Assembly: GCA_002436105.1 (NCBI GenBank)
Contig: DIXU01000008.1
Span: forward strand, 145,979 to 209,978
Origin: Candidatus Aminicenantes bacterium UBA6072
GTDB taxonomy: Bacteria > Acidobacteriota > Aminicenantia > UBA2199
Length of the DNA: 64,000 nt
Direction of reading: 5' to 3'
The position numbers and the translations under genes are program-made. Positions 42,102 through 52,770 of the stretch are shown in pieces (the first letter of the stretch is position 1; every line of letters starts with the position of its first letter). The notes beneath the pieces were generated by a model. The model made no database searches, had not been told where the DNA came from, and saw nothing but the letters and a program-made list of their open reading frames with translations.

Positions 42102-42718
42102 TTCAGCATCCCCTGCTTGAGAACATTGACGACGCTTGTGACACGCTTGCGGTAGAAGTCCTTGTCGCTGGCGACCCGGATCCCGGAGATGGCCTCCACC
42201 ATGGGCTTGCCGATAAAGGAGAATATGGACAGGGAAACGATATTCATCATGAAATGGATGGGATCGGCCTCGGAGATCAATCCCTTTTCGTGCCAGCGCT
42301 TGATCAGTTCAAAGAGCGGATGGGGCTGGAACGAGGTCATCTGCGAAATGATGCCGGCCATGACGGCGCAGATGTTGTCGGGATTATGGATCAGGTCGAA
42401 GGCGACGATGCGCACGAAATCGGGATGGTCGGCGCAGAGCCGGATGTAAAGCTCGGGAAATTTTTCCATGAAGAGGGCGGGCGTCAGCTCCGTAGTGACG
42501 AGGCCGCTGATCTGGGTGAAAAATTCGCTCATGACCTCGTGCAGGATGGTCTGGTAGAGCTTTTCCTTCGAGGAGAAATAATAGAAAAGCATGGCCTTGT
42601 TGATCCCGGCCCGGCGGGCGATGGCCTCCATTCGAGCCCCGGCATAACCGCGGGCGGCAAACTCGCGGCGGGCCGCTGCCAGGATGGCATCCCTGCTGGA
42701 TTCGCTCTTCTCAGCCAT
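42098..42718 (-). CDS. TetR/AcrR-family transcriptional regulator
   Basis: N-terminal HTH ARMEAIARRAGINKAMLFYYF. First gene of the efflux operon. Confidence 0.85.
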   Translation of the reverse strand: MAEKSESSRDAILAAARREFAARGYAGARMEAIARRAGINKAMLFYYFSSKEKLYQTILHEVMSEFFTQISGLVTTELTPALFMEKFPELYIRLCADHPDFVRIVAFDLIHNPDNICAVMAGIISQMTSFQPHPLFELIKRWHEKGLISEADPIHFMMNIVSLSIFSFIGKPMVEAISGIRVASDKDFYRKRVTSVVNVLKQGMLK

Positions 42719-42735
42719 TTGACCAACCGAATGGT

Positions 42736-42751
42736 TTAACCATATGGTTAA
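42736..42751. promoter_or_regulatory. 16-bp perfect palindrome TTAACCATATGGTTAA, candidate TetR operator
   Basis: Located about 18 bp upstream of the tetR start codon in the divergent intergenic region. Confidence 0.5.
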
Positions 42752-42832
42752 TATAACATCGGATCAGGAACCTGTCAACACTTTTTCGTTTTTTCTTTTC
42801 CGGGCCGCTGTTCTGCTATAATGCGACCGTCA

Positions 42833-43588
42833 ATGAAAACAAAAGCGATCCTGCTCCTTCTGCTGCTGCCCGGCCTGCCCCTGGGCGCTGCCGGCTGGGA
42901 ATGGCAGCTTTCCCTCGGCCCCTGGACGCTGCAGCCGTTCAACTCGCCGGTGGAGCGCCTGGCCGAGAAGGTCGTCGACGAAGAGGCAAGCGAACTGCTC
43001 GCCCCCCTGCTCGAAAACTTCACCGTCATCGGCTACACCCCCCGGGTGACCATGCGCTCGGGCGGGATCTTTTTCAGCGCCGCCGTCTGGCGGCATCTGG
43101 CCGCGAAGCGCTTGGCGGTGGGCCTGGCGGCAAGCCATCTCCGTTTCGACCTGCCGTTCACCCTGCGCGACGACCAGGAAATCTTCTACCAGGGGATACC
43201 CGTCGCCTCCATCACCACCCGCGGCGAGGGCCGCATCCGGCTGCGGACCTTCATGCTGGCGGCGCTGGGGCGCTGGCGGGCCTTCCAGCGCGGCCGCGCG
43301 ACGGCCTATGCCTCGCTGGGGCTGGCGCTGCTGCGCTTCAGCGGCGACCTGCACCTGCCGCTGAACGCCCGCATCCGCTCGTTCCTGGGCGATGCCGAGC
43401 TGGACCAGGTTCAGGATATGACCCTGGACGAACTCCGGGAGGAGAACGGCGGCATCCCGGCCTGGAGCGTGTCCCCCGCCCTGGGCGCCGCGCTGCACTA
43501 CCGGCTCGGGGCGGCGGTCCGGCTGGTCATCGATGCCAGCCTGTCGCAGGGGACATTCCTGTCCGCCGGGCTTGGTTTCGATCTCTGA
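42833..43588 (+). CDS. secreted hypothetical protein (possible OM beta-barrel)
   Basis: Signal peptide MKTKAILLLLLLPGLPLGAAG. No recognisable motif. Confidence 0.45.
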   Translation: MKTKAILLLLLLPGLPLGAAGWEWQLSLGPWTLQPFNSPVERLAEKVVDEEASELLAPLLENFTVIGYTPRVTMRSGGIFFSAAVWRHLAAKRLAVGLAASHLRFDLPFTLRDDQEIFYQGIPVASITTRGEGRIRLRTFMLAALGRWRAFQRGRATAYASLGLALLRFSGDLHLPLNARIRSFLGDAELDQVQDMTLDELREENGGIPAWSVSPALGAALHYRLGAAVRLVIDASLSQGTFLSAGLGFDL

Positions 43589-43667
43589 TCCCTTCCGCGC
43601 TGCCTCCCAACTGCAACTTTGCTGCGGACGGGAAGGACATCGCCGCGGGAGGACAAGCCCGAAGGCC

Positions 43668-44135
43668 CTACAAGCGAAATCCCAGCGTCGCGCCCACCAC
43701 CGTGTTCTTGAAAAGGCTGTTGAAATCCATGATGACGTAGGCGGTCAACTTGAGGTTCCTGGAGAACAGCCCGGCGTTCAGCTTGAGCGCGAAATCGTCG
43801 GAGACGAAGGTTTCGCCGCTGCCGATGTAGATGCCCTTGACCAGGCCGCCGCCTACAAAAAAGTTGCTGGGGGTGAAATTCAGGACCGCTCCCGGGAAGA
43901 GGAGGAATTCCTTGAACTTGAAGCCGTTGCCCACCAGCGTCACCTCGGGGCTGAGCATCAGGTACTGGCCGAGCTGGAGATCGATCTCGGCCCCGGCCGT
44001 CCACAGCAGGGGGTCGAAGGAGAAACTATCGTCGGTCATGATGCCGAAGTTGACGCCGAAGGTCGTCTGTTTTTCAAAAGCGTACAAGCCCGAGACCAGC
44101 AGCAGTCCGCAGAGAACCATGAGTGCTTTTTTCAT
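43668..44135 (-). CDS. small outer-membrane beta-barrel protein (third paralog type)
   Basis: MKKALMVLCGLLLVSGLYAF signal peptide, alternating strands. The N-terminus of the track ORF is discarded. Confidence 0.5.
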   Translation of the reverse strand: MKKALMVLCGLLLVSGLYAFEKQTTFGVNFGIMTDDSFSFDPLLWTAGAEIDLQLGQYLMLSPEVTLVGNGFKFKEFLLFPGAVLNFTPSNFFVGGGLVKGIYIGSGETFVSDDFALKLNAGLFSRNLKLTAYVIMDFNSLFKNTVVGATLGFRL

Positions 44136-44199
44136 TTTTCCTCCTTGATTATCTGGAAAAACTATATTGAATGGCAAAGTCAAAGTCAATGCACGGCAT

Positions 44200-46560
44200 T
44201 CAGTTGTCCAGCCGCTCCAGGAGCAATTTGAGGATGAAGCGCGCCGCGGCCTTGGGATTGCCGCCGGCGCGGATGGCCGGGCCGACGCAGGAGGGGCAGC
44301 CGCCCGGGCAGGGGCAGTTCTCGATGATCTCCAGCGCCTTCTCCAGCAGCAGGTTTCCCTTCTCGTACAGGGTTTCGGAAAATCCGACGCCGCCCGGGTA
44401 CCTGTCGAAGATGAAGACATTGGGCTCGAAGCGGTCGACGAAGGCCATGTCCGCCTGGCCGCGCATCATGCCCTTGAGCGCTCCCGGGTGCAGCGGCTCC
44501 TTGGTCAGGTTGTCCTCGATGGCCACGCCCAGGTCGCGGGTGTCGCACAACAGGATGACCGGGCTGATCTGCCTGACCAGGTAGGCGATGCCGGAGACGG
44601 CCTCGAGCTTCTCCTCGTTGGCGAAATCCAGGCCCTGCAGCACCTCGTTCTTCACTGTCAGCCAGAAGCCGGTGGTGTGCATCTCCTGCTGCGGCAGCTG
44701 CAGCTCGCCGGCGCCGACGTTCTCCATGGTGAAGAACTTCAGCTTCTTGAAGCCCACCACCTGGGAGAAGACGTGGACGTCGCCGCAAGAGAAATTCACG
44801 TTCTTTTTCCGGGTCTCGTCGAAGACATCCAGCACCTTGATCTTGGTGTAGGTGATCGAGTCAGTGAAGTAATCGGCGTTGGAGCGGGTCAGGAAGGCCT
44901 TGCGGTTCTCGTAGTCCAGCTCCTCGACGATGTACTGCTCCCCTTCCAGGATGTAGATGGCCTTGGGATGGAGCGTTTCCAGCGCATCGCTGAAACCGAC
45001 CTCGGCGATCACCCGCTCGCCGTCGCTGCGGTCGACCACGACGAAGTTGTCGGAGGTGACGCGGGTGAGGCTGACGGCGTCGGCCGGGTAGCCCTCCTCG
45101 GTCCAGAACCACTTGCCGTCCTTGGCCAGCAGCACCTGGTGCTCGGCCAGGTAAGAGAGGATCTCTTCCAGGTCCTCGGAGCCGAAGCGGTCCCCCCGGG
45201 CGAAGGGCAGCTCGAAGGCGGCGCACTTGACATGATCGACGAGCAGGGTCAGGTTATCGGCGTTGATGCGCCCCATTTCGGGCGACTGGCCGGAGAAATA
45301 CTCGGGATGGCTGACGATGTACTGGTCGATGGGCATCGAGGAGGCGACCAGCACGCCCAGCGACGGGCCGCCGCGGCGGCCGGCGCGGCCGAGGCGCTGC
45401 CAGGTCGAGGAGATCGATCCCGGGTAGGAGGCCAGCACGGCGGCGTCGAGCGAGCCGATGTCGATGCCCAGTTCCAGGGCGTTGGTGGCGACCACGGCGC
45501 GGATCCTGCCCTGGCGCAGCTCCTTCTCGATCTCGCGCCGCTGCCTGGGCAGGTAGCCGCCGCGGTAGCCGCGCACCGTGTCGCGGTCCTGAACGGTCTT
45601 CTCGAAGTCGTTCTTCAGGTACTTGACCAGGATCTCGGTGATCAGCCTGGAGTTGGCGAAGGTGATCACCTGCAGGCCGTGCCGGAGGAGAATGCCGGCG
45701 ATCTCGCGCGTCATGGAGACGTAGGAGCGGCGGATGCCCAGCTGCTTGTTGACCACCGGCGGGTTGAAGAACACCAGGAACTTCTCGCCGCGCGGCGCGC
45801 CGTTGCGGTCGACCAGCGCCACCTCCTCCTCGATCAGCTTCCCGGCCAGCTCGGCCGGGTTGGCGATGGTGGCCGAGCTCATGATGAACACCGGCTTCGT
45901 GCCGTAGAAGGAGCAGACGCGCTTCAGGCGGCGCATGACGTTGGCCACGTGCGAGCCGAAGACGCCGGTGTAGTAGTGCAGCTCGTCGATGACCACGTAC
46001 TTCAGGTTCTCGAACAGGCCGGCCCACTTGGTGTGGTGCGGCAGGATGCCGGAATGGAGCATGTAGGGATTGGTGATCACGATCTGCGCCTGCTTGCGGA
46101 TGGCCTGGCGCATGCTGGTCGGCGTGTCGCCGTCGTAGGTGTAAAGCCCCAGTGTCTCCCCCAGCGCCTTGTTCAGGTCGAACAGCTCGGCCAGCTGGTC
46201 CTGGGAAAGGGCTTTGGTCGGGAAGAGGTAGAGCGACTTGGCCTGCGGGTCGCGCTGCAGGGCGTCGAGCGCGGCGGCGTTGTAGATCAGCGTCTTGCCC
46301 GAGGCGGTCGGCGTGGCCACCACCGTATGGCGGCCCGCCAGGACGTTGTCCAGCGCCGCGGCCTGGTGGGAAAAGAGGCGCTCGATGCCGCGCTGTTTAT
46401 AGATCTCGACGATCTCGGGCGCCAGCCGCCCGGGAAAATCGGCGAATTCGCCGCTGAAGGGATCGATGCGGATCAGGCGCAGCTCGGTCTCGACGTCGTT
46501 GCGCAGCTGGAACAGGTCCTTCAGCGCCAGCTCGACCCGGGAATTCTTGCCATCGTCCAT
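44200..46560 (-). CDS. DEAD/DEAH-box helicase with C-terminal DUF1998 zinc domain (YprA/MrfA-like)
   Basis: ATPTASGKT, VIDELH, SAT, QRLGRAGRRG motifs. C-terminal CPCPGGCPSC four-Cys cluster. Confidence 0.8.
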   Translation of the reverse strand: MDDGKNSRVELALKDLFQLRNDVETELRLIRIDPFSGEFADFPGRLAPEIVEIYKQRGIERLFSHQAAALDNVLAGRHTVVATPTASGKTLIYNAAALDALQRDPQAKSLYLFPTKALSQDQLAELFDLNKALGETLGLYTYDGDTPTSMRQAIRKQAQIVITNPYMLHSGILPHHTKWAGLFENLKYVVIDELHYYTGVFGSHVANVMRRLKRVCSFYGTKPVFIMSSATIANPAELAGKLIEEEVALVDRNGAPRGEKFLVFFNPPVVNKQLGIRRSYVSMTREIAGILLRHGLQVITFANSRLITEILVKYLKNDFEKTVQDRDTVRGYRGGYLPRQRREIEKELRQGRIRAVVATNALELGIDIGSLDAAVLASYPGSISSTWQRLGRAGRRGGPSLGVLVASSMPIDQYIVSHPEYFSGQSPEMGRINADNLTLLVDHVKCAAFELPFARGDRFGSEDLEEILSYLAEHQVLLAKDGKWFWTEEGYPADAVSLTRVTSDNFVVVDRSDGERVIAEVGFSDALETLHPKAIYILEGEQYIVEELDYENRKAFLTRSNADYFTDSITYTKIKVLDVFDETRKKNVNFSCGDVHVFSQVVGFKKLKFFTMENVGAGELQLPQQEMHTTGFWLTVKNEVLQGLDFANEEKLEAVSGIAYLVRQISPVILLCDTRDLGVAIEDNLTKEPLHPGALKGMMRGQADMAFVDRFEPNVFIFDRYPGGVGFSETLYEKGNLLLEKALEIIENCPCPGGCPSCVGPAIRAGGNPKAAARFILKLLLERLDN

Positions 46561-46608
46561 AGCTGGAAATTAGCATAAAAAGCCGGAATAGTAAAATAAC
46601 GAACTATC

Positions 46609-46864
46609 GTAACGCGTGACGCGTGACGCGTGACGCGAAAGAACCCTGAGGTAATCCTGATCACATCTATCTTTGTTTTCGCTGGTCTGAGTATACTGGC
46701 GAACCCATGCAACGCATGACAAGCAAGCGCCGAGGGGCAATCCCGATCAAGTTCACCGCATTAATTCACTTGGTAGTGGCGTCGCTTTGTTCTTTTATTC
46801 AATGCCCATTTATAAAGATTGATTCCTGTGGTTACATGTCACGCGTTACGCGTTACGCGTCACG
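46609..46864. repeat. inverted arrays of ACGCGTG heptamer repeats flanking an AT-richer core of about 200 bp
   Basis: ACGCGTGACGCGTGACGCGTGACGCG at 46612-46637. Its near-reverse-complement CACGCGTTACGCGTTACGCGTCACG at 46840-46864 overlaps the trx stop. Confidence 0.7.
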
Positions 46865-47240
46865 TAGTCTTCGGTTCTTCCTTCTTGACTCCCAGGATCT
46901 CGGCGATCGCCTTGTCGAAGCCGCGGCGGTCCATGGCGCCGCGGGCCATCTGCGGCGGGCCGGAAACGGGGATGAACAGCAGGCTGGGGATGCTCTGGAT
47001 GCCGAAGGCGCCGGCCAGCTCCTGTTCCTTGTCGGTGTCGACCTTGTAAACGGCCAGCTGGCCGTCATAATCGGCGGAGATCTTCTCCAGGATCGGGGTC
47101 ACCATCTTGCACGGCCCGCACCAGTCGGCGTAAAAGTCGATGATGGCCGGCAGCGTGCCGCGGTATTTCCACTCCTTCTCGTTCTCGTAGTCGAATACCT
47201 TCTCGATGAACGCTTGCTTGTCCAGTTTTTCCATGTTCAT
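46860..47240 (-). CDS. trxA: thioredoxin
   Basis: WCGPC active site. Confidence 0.85.
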   Translation of the reverse strand: MNMEKLDKQAFIEKVFDYENEKEWKYRGTLPAIIDFYADWCGPCKMVTPILEKISADYDGQLAVYKVDTDKEQELAGAFGIQSIPSLLFIPVSGPPQMARGAMDRRGFDKAIAEILGVKKEEPKTT

Positions 47241-47644
47241 GCTCCTTGTTTATTTTTTTGCTTGCGAAAGGCGATGAAGTCGCGGACCACGCCCATGTCG
47301 CAGGCACGGCCCCTCTGGAAGCGGCGGCAGAACAGCTCCAGGTTCTTGCGGTCGGAGGCGAACGGCTTGCCCCCGGGGTGGCTTGCGGCCAGGGCGTTCA
47401 TCACGGCGAGCCCAACGGGCGGCAGCGCCCCGCTGAGGCGATAGAACACATGCTTGCCCTGGCGGCGCGACGCCGCCAGGCCTTCGCGCTCCAGCAGGGC
47501 CATGCTGCGCGATACCAGGGACTGGGACAGCCCGGTGACGGCCATGAGCTGGCAGACGAAGAGCTCCCGGGCCTGCAGCAGCAGCAGCAGGCGCAGGCGG
47601 TTCTCGTCAGCCAGGGTTTTCAGGATGCGGACGTCGCTTATCAC
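47237..47644 (-). CDS. ArsR/SmtB-family transcriptional regulator
   Basis: Winged-HTH (LRLLLLLQ...ELFVCQL) with Cys in a metal-site-like position. 4-nt overlap with trx. Confidence 0.75.
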   Translation of the reverse strand: MISDVRILKTLADENRLRLLLLLQARELFVCQLMAVTGLSQSLVSRSMALLEREGLAASRRQGKHVFYRLSGALPPVGLAVMNALAASHPGGKPFASDRKNLELFCRRFQRGRACDMGVVRDFIAFRKQKNKQGA

Positions 47645-47690
47645 ATCAACATATTAACATTTGTTTTTTTGTTTGTCAACTTTTTTGCCT

Positions 47691-47806
47691 GTAGACGAGT
47701 AGACGGGTTGATGGGTAGAAGGGTTAACGGCACTGGCAACGAGTTCTTGCGAGCGCCTCATCCCTCTGACTCTTCAACCCCTGAACTCTTCTACCCTTCT
47801 ACGTCT
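47691..47806. repeat. inverted arrays of GTAGANGG-like octamer repeats around rluA 3' end
   Basis: gtagacga gtagacgg gttgatgg gtagaagg gttaacgg at 47691-47730, and reverse-complement units (tagaaggg, tagaagag) at 47785-47806. Confidence 0.55.
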
Positions 47807-48684
47807 TCGCCAAGCCCCATGGCTTCCCGCCAGGCAGGGGGGATGAAACGCACGGAAAGCCTGTCCCCGGTCGCGGGATGGGGGAAGACGTACTGGAAGC
47901 AGAGCAGCCAGAGCTCGCCACCGGGGGCGGCGCCGCCGTAGCGCACGTCCCCCAGCAGCGGCGCCACCTGTTCCTGGAAATGGCGGCGGATCTGGTGGGT
48001 GCGACCGCTCTGCGGCAGGACCAGGAAAAAGCAGCGTCCGTTCCGCTCCCGGCAGAAGCGCACGTAGGTCAGCGCGCCGCGCCGCCGCCCCTGCCATTCG
48101 AGCTCCGAGCGGATGACGTACGACGGCCGGACGCCGGGAAATGGGGCGGTGGCGGCCAGGTAGCGCTTGCGCACGCGGCGCTCCTGGAAGAGCCGGTGCA
48201 GCGCGACCTCGGTTCCCTTGTTCTTGGCGAAGACGACCAGCCCCTGGGCCGGCAGGTCCAGGCGGTTGACCGGGGCGGCCCGGTAGCGCAGGCGCCGGCC
48301 GTCATAATACTTCTGCACTCCGTGCAGCAGGTTGTCGATGTCGCTGTAGGGGGTGGGCTGGGCCGCCGCCCCTCCCCTTTTGTAGACGATCAGCAGCTGT
48401 TCGTCCTCGAAGCGGATATCCTCGCGCCTGAGCACGTATTCGCGGATCGGAAATCTGGGCCGGTCGACGCGCAACAGCTGCCCGCTGATCGTCATTCCTC
48501 CATCGCGCAGGCGGATCTTGCGCTCATTGTCCCAGACCGACCCCTGATGCAGCAGCTGCTCCGCCTCTCCGGGATCGACCCGCAAGTGCTTCTGGAGCGC
48601 TTCGGCCAGGATCATGCTCTCCCCTGCCTTGAGGCGGATAAAGAAGCGGTCCATGTTGCGATAGCCGGGAGCAGAGCCTGTCAT
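47791..48684 (-). CDS. RluA-family pseudouridine synthase
   Basis: RLD motif (HRLDLPAQGLVVFAKN). Start set at MTGSAPG, the track ORF extends upstream into the regulatory region. Confidence 0.7.
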   Translation of the reverse strand: MTGSAPGYRNMDRFFIRLKAGESMILAEALQKHLRVDPGEAEQLLHQGSVWDNERKIRLRDGGMTISGQLLRVDRPRFPIREYVLRREDIRFEDEQLLIVYKRGGAAAQPTPYSDIDNLLHGVQKYYDGRRLRYRAAPVNRLDLPAQGLVVFAKNKGTEVALHRLFQERRVRKRYLAATAPFPGVRPSYVIRSELEWQGRRRGALTYVRFCRERNGRCFFLVLPQSGRTHQIRRHFQEQVAPLLGDVRYGGAAPGGELWLLCFQYVFPHPATGDRLSVRFIPPAWREAMGLGEDVEG

Positions 48685-48731
48685 GGCGGAATTGTAGAAC
48701 CCGGGCTTGGGTCTGTCAAACAAAAAATCAA

Positions 48732-48849
48732 AACTCGGTGTACGGTCCACGGTTGACGGCAAGAGAAGAGTTGCGAAATTCATATTGCATCGCCGCAATA
48801 CTTCTTCTTGACCGTACACCGTATACCGTCCACCGTGAACCGAGTTCGG
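48732..48849. repeat. about 118-bp imperfect palindrome built from inverted CGGTNNN / ACCGNNN heptamer arrays
   Basis: Left arm cggtgta cggtcca cggttga. Right arm accgtac accgtat accgtcc accgtga accg. Central ttgcg...cgcaa inner inverted repeat. Confidence 0.65.
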
Positions 48850-48870
48850 AGAGCAGAAAAAACGAATTCC

Positions 48871-48899
48871 TTGACAATCGAGGTCATATAATTTATAAA
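48871..48899 (+). promoter_or_regulatory. sigma70-like promoter TTGACA-17-TATAAA for acs
   Basis: Hexamers at 48871-48876 and 48894-48899. A leader of about 50 nt with GGAGGG RBS before ATG 48953. Confidence 0.5.
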
Positions 48900-48952
48900 A
48901 TCGTTTTGCCGGGAACACGCATCTCAACGCAAATCAATGCCTGGAGGGCTGT

Positions 48953-50656
<1,704 letters not shown>

Positions 50657-50660
50657 GCCA

Positions 50661-50712
50661 GCGCTCCCTCAGCGAGGGAACACCGCCAGTCGCCTTGCTT
50701 TCGTTTTTCCGT
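50661..50712 (+). terminator. weak intrinsic terminator after acs
   Basis: CTCCCTC-agc-GAGGGA hairpin followed by a T-rich stretch, where GC content drops. Confidence 0.35.
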
Positions 50713-50815
50713 TTTCAACGAGGACCTTCCATTCAACAATTATTCAGAAAAGAGTAGAATTCATATGAAAGGCAGTACCGGGTGACCTGTAAAACGTTAC
50801 CGAGGAGAAGACAAG

Positions 50816-51724
50816 ATGCCCACTCTGCTTTGGACAGGCACGATATCCTTCCCTTTACGGCTCATGTTGAACATGGGGAACATCATTGCCTGGATAACGG
50901 GGAATGCCCGGGACTCTTCCGCGATGAAACGGAGAATGAAAGGCGGGTACAATGGCGAATACTCTGATTATGTGCGGCAATACGACAAGTCAGCGTCATT
51001 TCATTATGAAAAAATCTCCGACTCGCTCATGCAAAATATCGATTGCCGAGGGAAAAAGGTGGTCGATGTCGGATGCGGAACGGGTATCCTCTCCCTGAAT
51101 GCCCTGGAGAAAGGGGCGGCAAAATTGGATTGCGTTGACCTGTCCAGGTTCATGCTGGAAAAGTGCAGGGAAAAAATCATTGCCAAGGGGTATTCCGCCG
51201 AGCTCATTTCCTTCCATGAGGGCGATGCGGAGAGATTGCCATTCAATGATGCCACGTATGATGTCGTCTTATTCAACATGGTCTTGGGAATGATCCCGAA
51301 TCAGCAAGAAGCCATCATTGAGTTGGCGAGGATTCTTCGCCCTGGCGGTACCATCGCGCTATCAGCGCATGGTCCCGCTTATTATAGGGAAGCAATAGAA
51401 GCCGGGGTGAAAGCAATGAATTTGCGCTATTTTTTGGGTCATCGCTTTGAATATTGGCCGCGGGATGAAAACGGGATAAAAGCATTTTTCAGGCTCGCGG
51501 GCCTGGATGACACACAGACATCGCGAATGACATGGGTGGATGAATTTGAGAACGGCGGCAAGGCGTTTGATTTTTTTGCCTCGTCGACCGGGCTGTGGTG
51601 GCATCATCGCTTGCCCCCGGAGATCAGAAACAAGGAAACAGAAAAAACACGCGCGTATTTCCAGCGTAGGCATGTCACTGAAATCACCAGTGATGTGGTT
51701 TTCGCGTTTGCGTCAAAAAAGTAA
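50816..51724 (+). CDS. class I SAM-dependent methyltransferase (low-GC gene)
   Basis: VVDVGCGTGILS motif I, ILRPGG post-II motif. About 48% GC versus 65% in flanks. Confidence 0.7.
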   Translation: MPTLLWTGTISFPLRLMLNMGNIIAWITGNARDSSAMKRRMKGGYNGEYSDYVRQYDKSASFHYEKISDSLMQNIDCRGKKVVDVGCGTGILSLNALEKGAAKLDCVDLSRFMLEKCREKIIAKGYSAELISFHEGDAERLPFNDATYDVVLFNMVLGMIPNQQEAIIELARILRPGGTIALSAHGPAYYREAIEAGVKAMNLRYFLGHRFEYWPRDENGIKAFFRLAGLDDTQTSRMTWVDEFENGGKAFDFFASSTGLWWHHRLPPEIRNKETEKTRAYFQRRHVTEITSDVVFAFASKK

Positions 51725-51843
51725 AGGCACGCAATAAAGCGAATGCAGCCGGCACTGAAAGCCGCGCGATCGAGCAGCGGCGTCAAGAAAAGAGTGAAGA
51801 TAATGAATCTGAAGGTACCAGAAATCACCAATTCCGAAAAAAG

Positions 51844-52512
51844 CTAATCCAGCAGATCCTCGATCCTTCTGGCCGCGGCGAAGAGGTCGGGCTCGACCCA
51901 GTCGGCTTCGGAAAAGTCCTGGCCGCGGGTGTAGTCGTTGGGCACGGCAATGACCCGGCAGCCGGCGGCCTTGCCGGCCAGCACGCCGTTGCGCGCATCC
52001 TCGAGCACGACGCATTTCCCCGGCGCCAGCCCCAGGCGGCCGCAGGCGATGCGGTAGATTTCCGGATCGGGCTTGCCCCGATCCAGGCCGTCGGCCGTCT
52101 GCAGCACGGCGAAATACTTCCGGAGGCGCAGCGTGTCGAGGGCGATATCGAGGAATTCCCGCTGGGCGCCGGTGGCCACGGCCAGCTTGAGGCGGCCGTG
52201 AAAGGCGTTCAGGATCTCGTACAACCCGGGCATGGCGCCCAGGTCACGGCCCATCTTCTCCAGCATCAGCCGGTTGCGCCACTCGAGCAGTTCCTCGGGA
52301 GAGGTCTCGATCCCCAGGATCCCGCGCAGCAGGCGCAGCGACTCGATGGGCTTGCGCCCCATCAGCGGCCAGAGCTGCTCGTCGCGGATCTCCCTGCCGA
52401 AGTGGGCGGCCATCTCGCGCTCGGCGGCGAAATAGAGGCGCTCGGAATCGATCATCAGCCCGTCCATGTCGAAGATCAGGGCCTGCGGGATCAAGTGCGA
52501 TAGCTGCGGCAT
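51844..52512 (-). CDS. HAD-family hydrolase (beta-phosphoglucomutase-like phosphatase)
   Basis: IFDMDGLMIDSE motif I, GKPDPEIY, and a terminal D motif. High GC. Confidence 0.75.
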   Translation of the reverse strand: MPQLSHLIPQALIFDMDGLMIDSERLYFAAEREMAAHFGREIRDEQLWPLMGRKPIESLRLLRGILGIETSPEELLEWRNRLMLEKMGRDLGAMPGLYEILNAFHGRLKLAVATGAQREFLDIALDTLRLRKYFAVLQTADGLDRGKPDPEIYRIACGRLGLAPGKCVVLEDARNGVLAGKAAGCRVIAVPNDYTRGQDFSEADWVEPDLFAAARRIEDLLD

Positions 52513-52770
52513 CCGCCATTATACACGATCTCCTTCCCAGCGCAGCATATCTTGTTGTTTGTCCTTCAAGAAGTGTTTTGAGGTATCCTCATCGAGGAAA
52601 ATCCCGATTACGCCCTGGTGGCCTCGCGCAATTTCCTGCCGGTGCGCATCGAGCGCTCGGTCAATGAGAATCTTTGCAAGGGAAAATTTGCTCCGCTTAC
52701 AAAGGTAGTTTTATCAAAGCCAATAGAGGATGAAAACCGTTTTTAGAATTCATGGTTGACCGGCGGGGAA

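Noticed and set aside
44137-44199. Short 'aagtcaa agtcaat' direct repeat between the OM-barrel gene and the helicase gene
   Set aside because: Only two 7-nt copies, within chance expectation.
51725-51843. 14-codon micro-ORF (MNLKVPEITNSEKS) between the methyltransferase and the HAD gene
   Set aside because: No RBS or conservation cue. Too short to support.
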